Shown here: positions 62,958-64,000 of the stretch, piece after piece | Numbering within the stretch: the stretch's first letter is position 1 | How the letters are laid out: each line of letters begins with the position of its first letter | Assembly (NCBI GenBank): GCA_944336975.1 | Contig: CALVLH010000006.1 | Location: 6,634 to 70,633 of the forward strand | Source of the DNA: an uncultured Clostridia bacterium | GTDB lineage: Bacteria; Bacillota; Clostridia; Christensenellales; Borkfalkiaceae | DNA: 64,000 bases | Reading direction: 5' to 3' | Made by a program: the position numbers and the translations under genes | Notes under the pieces: model-generated | What the model saw: the letters and a program-made list of their open reading frames with translations, nothing else | Told to the model about the DNA's origin: nothing | Databases searched by the model: none

Positions 62958-64000
62958 TTTCTTTTCTCCTCGTATTTGATTTTTCCGTCTACGACGGTCA
63001 TTTTTACCCTGCCGAACACCTTTCTGCCCGCAAACGGCGTGTTCTTGCCCTTGGAGACGAACTCCGCGGGATCCACCGTCCACTCTTCGTTAAGGTCGGC
63101 GAAGGTGAGGTCGGCGGGTTTCCCGACCGCGATCTCGCCCCCTTCGAGGGAGAGAATGCGGGCGGGCGCGCCGCTCATTTTCTCCGCGAGCGCGGGAAGT
63201 CCGAGCACCCCGCCGCGCACGAGCATGGTATAGGAGAGCGCAAAGGACGTCTCCAACCCGCTGATCCCGAACGCCGCGAGGTTATATTCCACGTTCTTGT
63301 CGTCCTCATGATGGGGCGCGTGATCGGTCACGATACAGTCGAGCGTGCCGTCTTTGAGCCCTTCGACGATCGCGAGGCGGTCCTTCTCCTCGCGCAGGGG
63401 CGGATTCACCTTGGTGTCGGTGTCAAAGGAAGCGATGACCTCGTCCGTGAGCGTGAAGTAATGTGGGCAGGTCTCCGCCGTGACGGCGACGCCGCGCGCC
63501 TTCGCCTCGCGGATGAGCTGCACGCCGCTATATGTGGAGACGTGGCAGATATGCACGGGCAGTTCCAGGCTCTCGGCAAGGCAGATCTCGCGGGCGATGA
63601 CGATGTCCTCCGCCGCGCGGATGCTCCCTTTGAGCCCCGTCAGCGTGGAATAATATCCCTCGTTGACGACTCCCCCGTCTACCAGACCCGCGTCCTCGCA
63701 GTGGCACAGGCATTTGAGTCCGAAATCGGAGGCGTACTGCATGGCGAGCGCCATGATCTTGGTGTCGGGCACCGACTTTCCGTCCTCGGAAAGCGCGACC
63801 GCGCCCGCCGCCTTCATCGCGCCGATCGCGGCAAGTTCCTTGCCCTCCTGGCCCTTGGTGATCGCGCCGACGGGATGAACCTTGCACAGATCCACTTCCT
63901 TCGCGCGCGCTTTGATATACGTTACGACCACTTTATTGTCCGTCACGGGATTGGTGTTGGGCATACAGCAGATCTGCGTGAACCCGCCCTTGACCGCCGC
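62954..64000 (-). CDS. pyrC: dihydroorotase, partial (N-terminus beyond window end)
   Basis: The frame is open to base 64000 (...AAVKGGFTQICCMPNTNP...). HICHVST, DHAPH motifs. Confidence 0.9.
   Translation of the reverse strand, partial: AAVKGGFTQICCMPNTNPVTDNKVVVTYIKARAKEVDLCKVHPVGAITKGQEGKELAAIGAMKAAGAVALSEDGKSVPDTKIMALAMQYASDFGLKCLCHCEDAGLVDGGVVNEGYYSTLTGLKGSIRAAEDIVIAREICLAESLELPVHICHVSTYSGVQLIREAKARGVAVTAETCPHYFTLTDEVIASFDTDTKVNPPLREEKDRLAIVEGLKDGTLDCIVTDHAPHHEDDKNVEYNLAAFGISGLETSFALSYTMLVRGGVLGLPALAEKMSGAPARILSLEGGEIAVGKPADLTFADLNEEWTVDPAEFVSKGKNTPFAGRKVFGRVKMTVVDGKIKYEEKRK

Overview
Visibly GC-rich, densely packed chromosomal window that looks like Firmicutes/Clostridia, judged from gene content, SD-type ribosome-binding sites and TTGACA/TATAAT promoters. 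I support about 60 CDS. I found no rRNA, tRNA, CRISPR array, transposase or integrase. Plus-strand blocks: ilvB(3' end)-ilvN-ilvD, then leuC-leuD-leuB-yggS (with a divergent LysR regulator on the minus strand), cca-rmuC, a small ORF plus a 1015-aa membrane-anchored tandem-repeat protein, and rpsF-ssb-rpsR. From about 34.2 kb down to 16.7 kb there is one long run of minus-strand operons: degV-tmk-rimM-trmD | ylqF-hyp-rnhB-yraN | giant helicase-nuclease-comEC-holA | cdaA-36aa ORF-DUF1015-lysC. From 48.5 kb down to 34.4 kb there is a roughly 14-kb minus-strand purine/one-carbon super-operon (purE-C-F-M-N, IMP cyclohydrolase, AICAR transformylase, purD, purL, fhs, mutY). It is preceded by a strong promoter, a candidate ZTP (pfl) riboswitch and a terminator. 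The right end holds a ZIP transporter, small membrane proteins, an intracellular GH43 + MATE + galM + galK-like sugar cluster, a polysaccharide deacetylase, a P-type Ca2+-type ATPase and pyrC(partial)-pyrF-pyrK-pyrD-pyrE. The most unusual element is a stand-alone 1871-aa gene (23258-28873, minus). It combines a DUF4011-like region, an Upf1-like SF1 helicase with a roughly 610-aa insertion, a PD-(D/E)XK-type nuclease-like module and a DUF3320-like tail. It has its own promoter and sits 9 nt upstream of a comEC whose metallo-beta-lactamase nuclease motif is degenerate. Other points worth a second look are the six exact in-phase 183-bp coding repeats, a cdaA operon in which CdaR appears reduced to a 36-aa membrane stub and is followed by DUF1015 and lysC, and a PAS/Cys4-PP2C phosphatase coupled to a lipid kinase. 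All product calls rest on motif recognition from memory. No database search was possible.
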